From: Takakia lepidozioides
Taxonomy: Eukaryota; Plantae; Bryophyta
Assembly (NCBI GenBank): GCA_030704615.1
Contig: CM060733.1
Span: 57,350,001 to 57,414,000 of the forward strand
Length of the DNA stretch: 64,000 nt
Reading direction: 5' to 3'
The translations under genes and the position numbers were made by a program. The notes below the pieces were generated by a model. That model ran no database searches. It saw only the letters and a list, made by a program, of their open reading frames with translations, and was not told where the DNA came from. Below are positions 23,774 through 35,112 of this stretch, in pieces (the stretch's first letter is position 1; each line of letters starts with the position of its first letter).

Positions 23774-26700
23774 CATTCCACATTCGGGAAGGAGAAAGTG
23801 GCAATTATATTACATTCATCTTCTTGGACCCTTATTTTTTGTGAGGAATCATACAGTTGGTGGTGCCGCACCGCCATGGCTTCAGGTGCATTTCGGTGCC
23901 GCAATACATGAGAATGTGGTTTTTGGCCGTGAATGGCATGGGCATGCTTTTTTTATTTTGGTTATGTCTATTAATGGATCCGAGGAAAGCATACGTGAGG
24001 CTGGATATAGATCACACCACAAACAGGGGAGATCTTTCCAATCTTGAAACATTGTGGAAGGGGATGAAAGAGAGGATATGCTTTTGACACATTTTGTGTT
24101 GCGTACTCTGGATCAGGTGCAGAAAATGGTAGTCTGCATATGTGGAGTCCTTGCATGGACCTTGTCTGTGATGGTCAAAAAGAATACAAGGCCTATGCAG
24201 GTTGTAGCCTGAAGACAAGGCTTTTGGATCACCAATTTTTACTCAGGCGAGGAGAAGTTGTGGAATGAATACTTTTCTTACCCCTGTTAATGGTGGAACA
24301 ATCGAGGCAAAAATGTAAATGTCTGTTGGATAACAGAGAGTAGCATATGCAATTGAGCATAGGAACTAGTATGATAAGTTGAGTTGGGTGTTTCGTAGAA
24401 CAAATCTAGGCTGTCATTGTCGGCTGCTAGCAGCAACGTAAGGATGTATGCATGAGTGGTCGAGCGAAGGGAGTCTTTGACAATGCACGGCTGAATGAAA
24501 TGTGGTGTCGTGGAATGCGATGATCGCAGGATATGCCCAGCATGGTTGTCAAGGTCCTGCAACTATTTGACGGAATGCGAAAGAACGGCTTGAAGCCGGA
24601 CAATATCACCTTTATATGTGTTCTCTCTGCATGCAGCCACACTGGCCTACTGAAATCCAGATGTTGTGGTGTGGAAGGCCTTGCTTGGTGCCTGAAGAAT
24701 CCATGGCAATGTGGAGATGGCGCGACTTATGTGTTGCTATCAAACATCTATGCTGCAGCTGGCAGGTGGGATGATACTGCAAAAGTGAGAAGAATGATCA
24801 CGGTCACAGGGGTTAGAAAAGAGCCAGGAGCCAGGTCGCTGTTGCATTGAGGTTGGCAACAGGGTGCACACCTTCGTTGTAGATGACAAGTTGCATCCCA
24901 CAATTAAGGAAATCCATGCTGAGCTGAGAAGATTGTCTGGGTGGAATGACTTTGACAAGTAACTGGTAATGTGGCAGCAGAAAAATATCCAAAAACAAAT
25001 AACAGTGTTCAACAATGTGGCTGAATGAACTGTGGTGCCGCGGAACACCATGCTTATGCACAATAGGGGTGTGGGATGGAGGCTTTGGAGACCTATGAGT
25101 AAATGATGGTAGAAGGGGTGAAGCCTGACCACATCACGTCTGTGCGTTTGCAAGCCTGGCAGCCCTAGAAAAGGGCAAAGAGGTGCATGGTTGCATCGCG
25201 AAAGCAGGAATTGTACCAGATGTGATTCTGAACAATACCCTCGTGGACATGTATGCCGAATGTAGGAGGCATTTCAGCAGATTCAGATACGTTTGTCTGT
25301 CTCTTGCTTAAGTGCATCAAGATGAAAGGTCTGGAAGCTGGAAAGCAGGTGCACACTCACATTATCCAAAGTGGATTCACGCCAAATGTTTTTGTCCTCA
25401 ACACCCTTGTCAACATGTCAAACCTGGGAGCTCTGGAAAAGGGGAAAGAGGTCCATGGTGACATCGTCAAAGCTGGAATTGTACCAGATGTCATTCTGAA
25501 CACTGCCCTGGTGGACATGTATGCCAAATGTGGGTGCATTAAGGATGCAAAGGGAGTTTTCAACACTATGGCTGAACGAGATGTGGTGTCATGGAAGACG
25601 ATGCTTGCAGGGTATGCACAACAAGGACGTGGTATGAAGGCTTTGGAGACCTATGATCAAATGATGGGGGAAGGGGTGAAGCCCGACCACATCACATTTG
25701 TGTGCATTTGCGATGCGTGTGCAAGCCGGGCAGCTCTGGAAAAGGGCGAAAGAGGTCCATGGCGACATTGTCAGAGCTGCAGTTGTACCAAGTGTCATTT
25801 TGAACAATACCCTCGTGGACATGTATGAAGGGAGTGTTTGACAGTTTGGCTGAAAGAGATGTGGTGTCGTGGAGTGCGATGAATGCAGGATATACACAGC
25901 AAGGGCGCGGGATGGAGGCTTTGGAGACCTCTGAGCAAATGATGTGCGAAGGGGTGAAGCCCAACCGCATAACGTTTGTTTGCATTGGCAATGTGTGTGC
26001 AAGCTTGGCAGCCCTGGAAAGGTGCAAAGAGGTCCATGGTGACATCGTCAAATCTGGAATTGTACCCGATGTCATTCTGAACACTGCCCTGCTGGACATG
26101 TATGTCAAATGTGAGTGCATCGAGGATGCAAAGGGAGTGTTCGACAGTATGGCTGAATGAGATGTGGTGTCATGGAGTGCGATGATTGCAGGATATGCAC
26201 AGCAAGGATGCGGGATGGAGGCTTTGGAGACCTATGAGCAATTGATGTGCGAAGGGGTGAAGCCCTACCGCAACACATTTGTTTGTGTTTGCAATGCGTG
26301 TGCAAGCCTAGGAGCTCTGGAAAAGGGGAAAGAGGTCCATGGTGACATCGTCAAAGCTGGATTTGTACCAGATGTCATCCTGAACACTGCCCTGGTGGAC
26401 ATGTATGCCAAATGTGGGTGCATGAAGGATGCGAAGGGAGTTTTCAAATGGCTGAACAAGATGTGTCGTGGAACGCGATGAGGCGTGGGATGGAGGCTTT
26501 GGAGACCTATGAACAAATGATGGGGGAAGGGGTGAAGCCCGACCACATCACGTTTGTGTGCATTTGCAATGCGTGTGCAAGCCTGGCAGCCCTGGAAAAG
26601 GGCAAAGAGGTGCATGGTTGCATCGCCAAAGCTGGAACTGTACCAGGTGTGATCCTGAACACTGCCTTGGTGGACATGTATGCCAAATGTGGGAGCATTG

Positions 26701-28431
26701 AGGATGCGGAGGGAGTGTTCAACAATATGGCTGAACGAGATTTGTTGTCATGGAACGTGATGCTTGCAGGATATGCACAGCAAGGCATGGGATGGAGGAC
26801 TTGGAGACCTATGAGCAAATGATGGGGGAAGGGGTGAAGCGCGACCACATCACATTTGTGTGCGTTTGCAGTGCGTGTGCAAGCCTGGCAGCCCTGGAAA
26901 AGGGCAAAGAGGTGCATGGTTGCATCGCCAAAGCTAGAATTGTACAGATGTGATTCTGAACAATACCCTGGTGGACATGTATGCCAAATGTGAGAGCATT
27001 GAGGATGTGGAGGGAATGTTCAACAATATGGCTAAACGAGATTTGGTGTCATGGAACGCCATGCTTGCAGGGTATGCACAGCAGGGGCGCGGGATGGAGG
27101 CCTTGGATCATACCTATGAGCAAATGATGGGGGAAGGGGTGAAATGCAACCACATCACATTTGTGAGCATTTGCAATGCCTATGCAAGCCTGGCAGCCCT
27201 GGAAAATGGCAAAGAGGTCCATGATGGGGGAAGGGGGGAAGCCCGACCACATCACGTTTGTGTGCATTTGTAATGCGTGTGCAAGCCACATTCATTTGTG
27301 TTCTCAATGTTGGTGCCAGCATGGTAGCCCTGGAGAAGGGCAAAGATATCCATGCTGACATTATCAAAGCTGGAATTTCGTCATACAGTAATTGGGAGAC
27401 TGCCCTTGTTAACATGTATGCCAAATATGGGAGTGTAAGGGAGGCCTGTCTAGTGTTCAACAATATGGTGGCAGGATATACCAAGCATGGTTGTGGTAGG
27501 AATGCCTTTGAGACATATGATCAACTGATACAGCAAGGGGTGATGCCCGATCAGGTCACATTTGTTTGCATTCTCAAGGCTTGTGCGAGACTGGCAGCCC
27601 TGGAAAACGGCAAAGAGGTCCATGCTGACATATGAAAGCTGGAGTTGTACCAAATCTGATTTTGAACAATAGCCTTGTTGACATGTATGTGAAATGCGGG
27701 AGCATGAAGGTTGCAAAGAGAGTATTTGACAACATGGCTGTCGTGGAATGCGATGATCACAGGATATGCCCAGTGGGTGTGGGATGGAGGCTTTGGGGAC
27801 CTATGAGCAAAAGATGCGGAATCATTCAACAGAATGCCTCAACGATCTTGATCACGTGGAATATATTGTTGGCAGGATTTACCAAGCATGGGTGGGGTAG
27901 GAATGCTTTTGAGACCTATGAGCAGATTCTGCGCAAAGGGGTGAAGCCCAACCACATCAGATTTGTTTGTGTTTGCAGTGCATGTGCAAGCCTGGCAGCC
28001 CTGGAAAAGGGCAAAGAGGTGCATGGTTGCATCGCCAAAACCGGAATTGTACCAGATGTGATTCTGAACAATACCCTCGTAGACATGTATGCCAAATGTG
28101 GGAGCATCGAGGATGTGGAGGGAGTGTTCAACAATATGGCTGAACGAGATTTGGTGTCATGGAACGCCATGCTTGTAGGATATGCACAGCAGGGGTGCGG
28201 GATGGAGGCCTGGGGGAAGGGTTGAAGCCCGACCACATCACGTTTGTGTGCGTTTGCAATGCGTGTGCAAGCCTGGCAGCCCTGGAAAAGGGCAAAGAGG
28301 TTCACGGTGACATCATCAAAGCTGGAATTGTACCAAATGTCATTCTGGACACTGCCCTGGTTCACTTGTATGTGAAATGTGACTGCAATGAGGATGCAAA
28401 GGGAGTATTTGACAATATGGCCGGATGAAAT

Positions 28432-29283
28432 GTGGTGTCGTGGAATGCGATGATCGCAGGATATGCCCAACATGGTTGTCATAGGGAGGTCCTGCAACTA
28501 TTTGAAAGAATGCAAAAGAAAGGCTTGAAGCCTTATAGTATCACCTTTATATGTGTTCTCTCTGCCTGCAGCCACACTGACCTACTGAATGAAGGAAGAT
28601 GCTACTTCGATTCCCTGAGTGAAGATCATGGTATCAATCCGACAGTAAAGCAATTTGGCTGCATGATGGACCTTCTTGGACGTGTGGGACAACTGGATGA
28701 GGCCGTGGACCTGATTAATAAAATGCCAATCAATCCAGATGTTGTGGTGTGGAAGGCCTTGCTTGGTGCTTGCAGAATCCATGGCAATGTGGAGATGGCT
28801 GAATGTGTGGCAACATCTATCCTCAAGTGGGATGAACAAGATGCCACGACTTATGTGGTGCTATATCAAACATCCATGCTGCAGCTGGCAGGTGGGATGA
28901 TACTGCAAAGGTGAGAATAATGATGAAGGTCAGAGGGGTTAGGAAAGAGCCAGATGACAAGTTGCATCCCAGAATTAAGGAAATCCATGCTGAGCTGAGA
29001 AGATTGTCTGGGCAGATGAAGGAGGCAGGGTATGTGCCTGACACACGCCTTTTATTGCATGATGTGGAGGAAAGGAATTTTCTCTTAGCCAGCACAGTGA
29101 GAAGCTGGCCATTGGTTTTGGGCTGATCAGAACGACTCATCAAGAATCTTCGAGTGTGTGGAGACTGCCACACCTCCACCAAATTTATCTCAAAGATTGT
29201 TGGCCGATCAATTGTTGTATGGGACGCTAACTACTTTCCACCACTTTGAAGATGGGATTTGTTCTTGTGGTGATTACTGGTGA
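28432..29283 (+). pseudogene. P2-L2-S2-E-DYW terminus, frameshifted with PG-box deletion
   Basis: [55 protein letters not shown] and final CSCGDYW* are present in shifting frames. Confidence 0.9.
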
Positions 29284-30169
29284 AAGGATGTTTTCTTGGA
29301 AAGATGCTAGTGTCTTGCTTCATTCATTGATCTGTGTAGCTACTCAGACCATCCACCATTTCCTGATAGTGGGGTCTACCCGGCATAGGTAGGAAGTCAG
29401 CCCACAATTGCACTTGATTGAAGGGGTGATTTTTGACTGATTGATAGTGGATGGAAATCAGAGTGCTGTCCTAATTCTGGGTTTGGGTGGTGGAGCTTTT
29501 CCAAAGCTTGAAGATGGAAGTGAATACGAATTTTTAATGAGCTGGATGAGAGGGGCAGCCCTGTACACAAGTTTGTTCAGCATCTTAAATTTGGACATGT
29601 TTGTTTGTTTCTTGTGGTGTGGCTTTGGATGGAGCCCTTGATGAACATTGTCAAAAGCTAGCGTTAACCCACCAAGATCCAATCCATGGTGGATGCTTGA
29701 AAGTTCATATAGTGAATGGAAGGGTATTTGGGTATGTTGATATTGATTGATGCGGCTTGTGAAAATTGAACATTGAAATGCAGATCCGCCATTTTTCTTC
29801 CAGAAAAAAACACAGGATCTTTGCATGTAACACAGTGGGGATGACCCACCCCTTTTTTGTGAAAAATTGAACGTAGTTTTCAGAATTCGTCGCAGTAGTG
29901 CGGAGCAACGCGAAGCCTTAGTATATTCTAGCGACGACCGAAGGTCGGAAGCTAGTTTAGCATAGAGCAGGAATAGGGTGCCATAGTGCCACATCATTGT
30001 TGCCACGTTTCGTCGTCAAATTTTGTCAGTCTGCCCGGACTGCCCGACCAAAATAAGCCAATAAAAATTGTTGCGCCAACGTTTTCGGAACTGCCCAAAA
30101 TGCCCGGATCTTGATCTTCTTGATCTGCATTTTCCGCCATCGTTCACCTTGCAAGCTGCAAGCTCTCAA

Positions 30170-31363
30170 CGAATTGAGGAAATCCATGCTGAGCTAAAGA
30201 CTTGCTGAAGAGATTGTCTTGACAGATGAATGATCAAGCAAATGATGGGGGAAGGGTGTCGCTTTTTCTTAATGTACGATCTGAAGAAGTTTGTCCATCC
30301 TGCAAAGGTGGGCTCTTGGCTCCTGTCAGTACCATGATTTGATATTCTTCCTGATGTTTGCAAGGTTCTTGGGAGAGTCAGCTTGGTCTTAGCAGGCCCT
30401 GTTCAATCTCTACCTGCTCAGATGCACCGTAGTGGTTCTCACACATCAATCCGACATTACCTGACTACAGACACAAACAGCACACACAAGAGGTCATTTT
30501 GGGTTGATGGTCGGTCAAATCCTCCATGGGTCATGACACAAGGTCAAGGACAGTTTGGTGAGGGCACATTTTTCTTCGACCTATTTCAGCCTGTTTTTCC
30601 CTCTCATCAAACTCAGCCCTGAGATGCATTTGTTAGTACCATGATTTGGTGTTCTTCCTGATGTTTACTGCAAGGTTCTTGGGAGAGTCAGCTTGGGTGC
30701 TTCAATCTCTGCCTGCTCAGCTGCACCGTGGTGGTTCTCACAGACCAATCCGACCTGACTACACACACAAGCAGCACACACAAGAGGTCCTTTTGGGTTG
30801 ATGGCCGGTCATATCCTCCATGGATTATGACACAAGGTCAAGGACAATGTGGTGAGGGCACCTTCTTCTTCGACCTATTTCAGCCTGTTTTGCCCTCTCA
30901 TCAGACTCGGTCCTGAGATGCATATTGATCAATTCTGTAAGTTAGCTCGTTGGCTGGATCTGTGGTGGTTTGGAGCGACTTTGACAAGTTACTGCCAATG
31001 TGGCAGCAGGAAAGTATCCAAAAACAGATAACAGAGATGAAGAGAAGCTTTGGAATGAACACTTTTTCGACCCCAGTCAATGGTGGGACAATGGAGACAA
31101 AAAGGTGAATGCTTGTTGGACTACAGAGAGAAGCAGATGCAATTTAGGATTGATAGAACAAGGCACTGCTAATGAAGGCATCTTCTTCAACATATTTCAC
31201 CTTGTTTTTCCATGTTATCAGAATCGTCCCTAAATTATCATGTTGAATTTTGCAAGTTAGCTCGTTGGTGGATCTATGGTGGTTTTGGAGTGATTTTGAC
31301 ATGTTACTGCCAATGTGGCAACACGAAAGTATCAAAAAACAGATAACAAAGACGAGGAGAAGC
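30170..31363 (+). pseudogene. Duplicated PDF-exon/intron fragments of the PPR family
   Basis: Copies of intron 1 plus exon B (PDYRHK..FWVDGRSNPPW) occur twice, then exon C (EEKLWNEHFFDPSQWWDNGDKK|GT at ~31040-31103) and a second exon C cut by the LTR. Confidence 0.85.
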
Positions 31364-31551
31364 TGTCGTGCGCATACATATCGCTACACAACTACATCGC
31401 TGTCCAAAACCACACAACACATGTGCACGCCACACACTAGTATATCACTAGTCCACCACTAGTCCAGCCACCAGTCCAACCACTAGGCTACAACTAGTCA
31501 GTCACTAGGCTGCCACTATGCTGTCCACTATGGCAGTCACTAGTCCACACA
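31364..31551 (-). repeat. Putative 3' LTR (TG...CA) with adjacent polypurine tract at ~31554-31562
   Basis: TG starts where the host exon sequence breaks. AGGGGGGCG on the minus strand lies 2 nt before TGTGTGG. No 5' LTR is available for comparison. Confidence 0.6.
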
Positions 31552-31819
31552 ATCGCCCCCCTAGCTGGTGCTTAGGTCCCTCTAAGTCCAGGTAGCCACA
31601 AGATGTGATAGTGACCATAGCCTCACTAAGTCCTCCACCACTATCCCTACTACACTCAAACTCAATAGATCAAGAGGCCGGGTGCAAGAATTGCTCCATC
31701 GTTAGTCGTCGTCTTGCAACCTGTGAACTTGAGCTTGGGATCTCATGTATTGACTCCTATGAGCTTGGCCTCCCATGTCTTGTTAGCTGCCTCCAGTCAT
31801 GTCCACTACCACTATCCCA

Positions 31820-31965
31820 AGCAGTGTGGACACAACCAATCTCCGTCAGGAATCTTCTCAAGAGGTGGTGTCAAGCCTCCCATATGCTAACCCCTTGAGC
31901 ATCGATCACACACCAGCATGGTGGCTGCCCCTTTGGCAGACCCACAGAGCATGCACCTCAAACCT
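31820..31965 (-). pseudogene. PHD finger at the integrase C-terminus
   Basis: Manual translation: CMLCGSAKGAATMLVCDRCSRG*HMGGLTPPLEKIPDGDWLCPHC (C4HC3 pattern with one stop and one lost Cys). Confidence 0.8.
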
Positions 31966-33532
31966 GCAGGTACCACTGCCAGTTTGGGTCAACTCTGCCA
32001 TCGACATTGGGAAGGTGACATGGCGCACAATTACGCACATGGTCTTTCCAAGTCATGCCATCTCGACCCTCCAAGATCAGGACTCCTGAGGGCAACACCT
32101 CTCGAACCCTCAGAATAACACGCCTTGCAGTAACATCCAGGGTCATAGGAGCAGTCTGCTGCAAATAAACATAGTCACCAGGGCTAAACCTCCGAACCCC
32201 AGGACGATATCTTCCACCACGTATAGTGGCATACCTCAACGTATCACGATGCTGTGCAATGACAAGGTTCTCAAAAGCCATGGGCATGACTTTCTTGAAC
32301 AACTCTGCACGCTGACCACATGCACGTACCCACACGTCCGGATCGTCAAGGTTAAGGACTTCAGCAGTGTCCCTACAAATGGCTGCAGGCAAATCCTGCT
32401 CTCAGCCAAAGAGAAGGAAATATGGTGAGAAGGAGGCAAGTGATGCTTGTTTGCTGAACCTGTAGTCCATGGCTAACCAAGGAACCAAAAGATCCCAATC
32501 TCCTAGGTGTCCCTTCTGCAAGCCATACTTGCGCAAACCCCTCTTCACCGTCTGAACAACTCTCTCTGCCAAGCCATCGGCCTCAGGATGATCCCGAGAA
32601 GTGGTGCGGTGGTCTATCAAGGCTTTATCACTCAAAGCCTGAAACTCCCCCAAGAACTCTCTCCCTTGGTCCGTGAGTACCTCAGCTGGAGCACCAAATC
32701 GGCTAAGCACACGATCCAAGAATGCATACGCAACCCCCTCACTAGCCTTGTCAGGCAATGGAACCAACTCAATCCACTTGGAGAAGTGCTTCACCATCAC
32801 CAACACATATCTGTGGTGGAGCATAGTCGGTGGCAACGGTCGTGCGAAGTCAAGACTCCACCTGTAGCCCAATCCCATGATTGGTAAAGGATGCAACTGT
32901 GGTGTAGGGGCGTTGAATGAAGCACGCACCCTGTCACACACTGTGCACCTAGCCACAAACTGTTGCACCTCTGTATGCATACCACGCCACCAATACTGCC
33001 CCTGCAGTAAACTGTGAGTGCGTCGCACTCCAAAATGCCCCAACTCCTCATGGGCATGCCGCACTAACCGTGTACACTGTGTGGGGTGAGGCACAATCCT
33101 CACCCGACCATCCTCCCACACTCGAAGCAGGTGTATCCCCTCCCACTTGAACCTCTTGGCTCGTTGTAGGATCCGATCCCTCTCCTTGGCAGTCACACTA
33201 GCTGTCGTGTCTCCAGTGCGGAGGTAGTCCAACACAACTGAATCCTCATGTATATCTCTGGTACCACCTGGCTCATCACTAGCCTCAGGGTCCTCAGACA
33301 CTCCGTCTACAATCATCCCTGTTGTAGGTCCAACCTGACCTCCCGATGCCAAGATACACAAAAAGGAAGATGGATGCCATCCCGACACCATCTCCTCGTC
33401 CGTCTCACCATGCCACCGAGCTCCAAAGTCATCCTGCTGGATCGTGCATGGATTGCGACTCAATCCATCCGCATCCCTATTGACCAAACCCGGTCGATGC
33501 ACAACCTGAACATGTCTCTCATACTCCTCCAC
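31958..33532 (-). pseudogene. RNase H tail plus integrase (frameshifted)
   Basis: ORF 32402..33532 has HEELGHFG..CTVC, WSLDF, LTDQGREF, ADGLAERVVQT. ORF 31958..32392 is the C-terminal SH3/GPY-F-like region. Confidence 0.92.
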
Positions 33533-33696
33533 CGTAGCACGAGAGGCAAAGCAATTCCTGTAAGCCTCAGGAACCGCCGTATACGTTGTCTCTCTCCTCT
33601 AGTGACAATAGGTCCAATGTCAGGCTCCCAATTGCCCTTCGTAACTGCAACCTTAAGTCCAGCAGACTTAGAGGTAGAGGACGTGTCCCGTGGTTG

Positions 33697-35073
33697 CTAT
33701 GCCGCAACCTCTTGAGCAGTACTCCCTGCCTGCTCAGTCAATGACAAGGCCTCATCCTGCCCCATCATCTCATCCTTGAGGACCTCCTCAACCCGAGAAG
33801 AATCCCCAACCTCATCCATCACGACCACCTTGGCTGCCAACTCCCTCTCAACCTTGAGCACCTTCCACGTGTGCCATGGATGTCTACACCCTGTGGTCCT
33901 CACTGGCTCGCCCCCACTCACTGCCTGTACCGTCTCGGTAAGCAGAGTGACCGTCAAAGGAAGTGCACTCTGCACTCTTCGTTGCTCAGCCATAGCCAAG
34001 CTGATAATCCACGTCAAGCAATTTAGATCCATTGCTTGCCCCAACACCTGACGACGTGATGCCTCAGAAAGAGAAGGCACCGCCGTGGTCCCAGTGGAAA
34101 AACCCATAGCCCGCTCTTGCTCGTCGGCATTAGGCTCCACTAATTGCTGCAACTGAGCATCCCACAAGAGGCTAGGTCCATTATCCCGGAAAGTATGCGA
34201 TCCTGGGAAGCTGAGCAGTGTAGGTAGTGCTGCTCGTGGTTGACCCACCTTGTTGACCACTGACAAAGACGAACGGTCATCGTGTCTCACACGCTGAGAC
34301 TGCCTCCATGTGTCCAAAATGCTATCCACTGTGAGGTGTGCCCGCCGCTGCACCCCATCAAATGCACGCTTAAGCAGTGCGGGTGGTATCAAGTTAATCA
34401 ACCATAACCGTGGACGATGAGCCCGTGACCCCACTACAGCTACATCCAGCAACACTGCTGACCCAAGCCACGACCGGACTTGATGCACACTGGCCATCAC
34501 CCTTGCCCGAGAATCGCCCATCAGTGGCACATTCTCTAAGATGTATGCTGGAGATACAGCCTGATGAAGCTGTAAGTGGCGCAAAACCCGCACCATCTCC
34601 CAAAACAGACCCGACCTCGAGTCTCGCAATCCATTGCCATGCCCGGCTGATGAATACCCTTGGCAGGGCCAACCTGCCACTACCAAATCAATGAAGCCAA
34701 CCCGCTCCAAATCCTGCGCCCCCAGCAAAGAGATGTCTGCTGGCAAGGCCTGCTGATATCCACGAACCGCAGACACCGGCAACAACTCAGGGTACTGCTG
34801 CACCAACTGAGCAATATGACGGAGTGAGATGCGTCGTGCAGTCTCATCCCTCTCCACATACAGGTAACGCCGAACTCGTACACCTGTCTGTAACACAGCA
34901 GCCAATCCGATGCTGATCCCGCCAAACAAGTCCAGAAGACAAATGCCTTCATCCGGATACTGCCACACAATAGGTGTGGTATCCAATGGAGACAACTGAG
35001 GTGGTCCTGGTGCAATCCCCACACTCTCATCCTCTCCTGACGGTACAAAAGCCTCCACCCAGGCTTGTTGCAC
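33697..35073 (-). CDS. Retrotransposon-encoded C5 DNA cytosine methyltransferase (DNMT3-like)
   Basis: Motif I LDLFGGI, IV AGWPCQG (catalytic Cys), VI LENV, VIII AHRPRLW and X LGQAM lie within one 458-codon open frame. Confidence 0.9.
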   Translation of the reverse strand: MQQAWVEAFVPSGEDESVGIAPGPPQLSPLDTTPIVWQYPDEGICLLDLFGGISIGLAAVLQTGVRVRRYLYVERDETARRISLRHIAQLVQQYPELLPVSAVRGYQQALPADISLLGAQDLERVGFIDLVVAGWPCQGYSSAGHGNGLRDSRSGLFWEMVRVLRHLQLHQAVSPAYILENVPLMGDSRARVMASVHQVRSWLGSAVLLDVAVVGSRAHRPRLWLINLIPPALLKRAFDGVQRRAHLTVDSILDTWRQSQRVRHDDRSSLSVVNKVGQPRAALPTLLSFPGSHTFRDNGPSLLWDAQLQQLVEPNADEQERAMGFSTGTTAVPSLSEASRRQVLGQAMDLNCLTWIISLAMAEQRRVQSALPLTVTLLTETVQAVSGGEPVRTTGCRHPWHTWKVLKVERELAAKVVVMDEVGDSSRVEEVLKDEMMGQDEALSLTEQAGSTAQEVAA

Positions 35074-35112
35074 CCGTCGATCAACATCCCGCTACAAATC
35101 CTTGCTCGTGCC

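Larger units (their letters stand above)
21250..29283 (+). pseudogene. Mosaic of frameshifted PDF-exon, intron, PLS-PPR, E and DYW fragments
   Basis: Many short ORFs contain HITFVCICNACASLAALEKGKEVH / NTALVDMYAKCG / DVVSWNAM, broken by stops and frameshifts. WWDNR exons occur at ~21795, ~22590 and ~24290. Confidence 0.9.
21074..29925 (+). mobile_element. Non-autonomous Helentron/Helitron2-like element 1 carrying PPR-DYW gene fragments
   Basis: 5' end TT-CTAGCGACGACC-AAA-GGTCGGAAGCTAG (subTIR plus hairpin). 3' end TTCGTCGC-AG (degenerate reverse complement of the subTIR) followed by GTAGTGCGGAGCAACGCGAAGCCTTAG. Both ends recur at 29926 and ~42075-42111. Flanks are AT-rich with no TSD. Confidence 0.72.

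Noticed and set aside
25140-28430. CRISPR-like or satellite array
   Set aside because: The repeats translate as PPR L-S-P units, with no repeat-spacer structure or cas genes.
21074-29925. Canonical Helitron1 (5' TC ... CTRR 3')
   Set aside because: The ends begin TT, show subterminal inverted repeats, and the 3' ends (CTTAG, CCTAC) do not consistently fit CTRR; Helentron-like fits better.
33697-35073. Bacterial restriction-modification methylase or contamination
   Set aside because: It is collinear with gag, protease and integrase of an LTR element within intron-bearing plant DNA.
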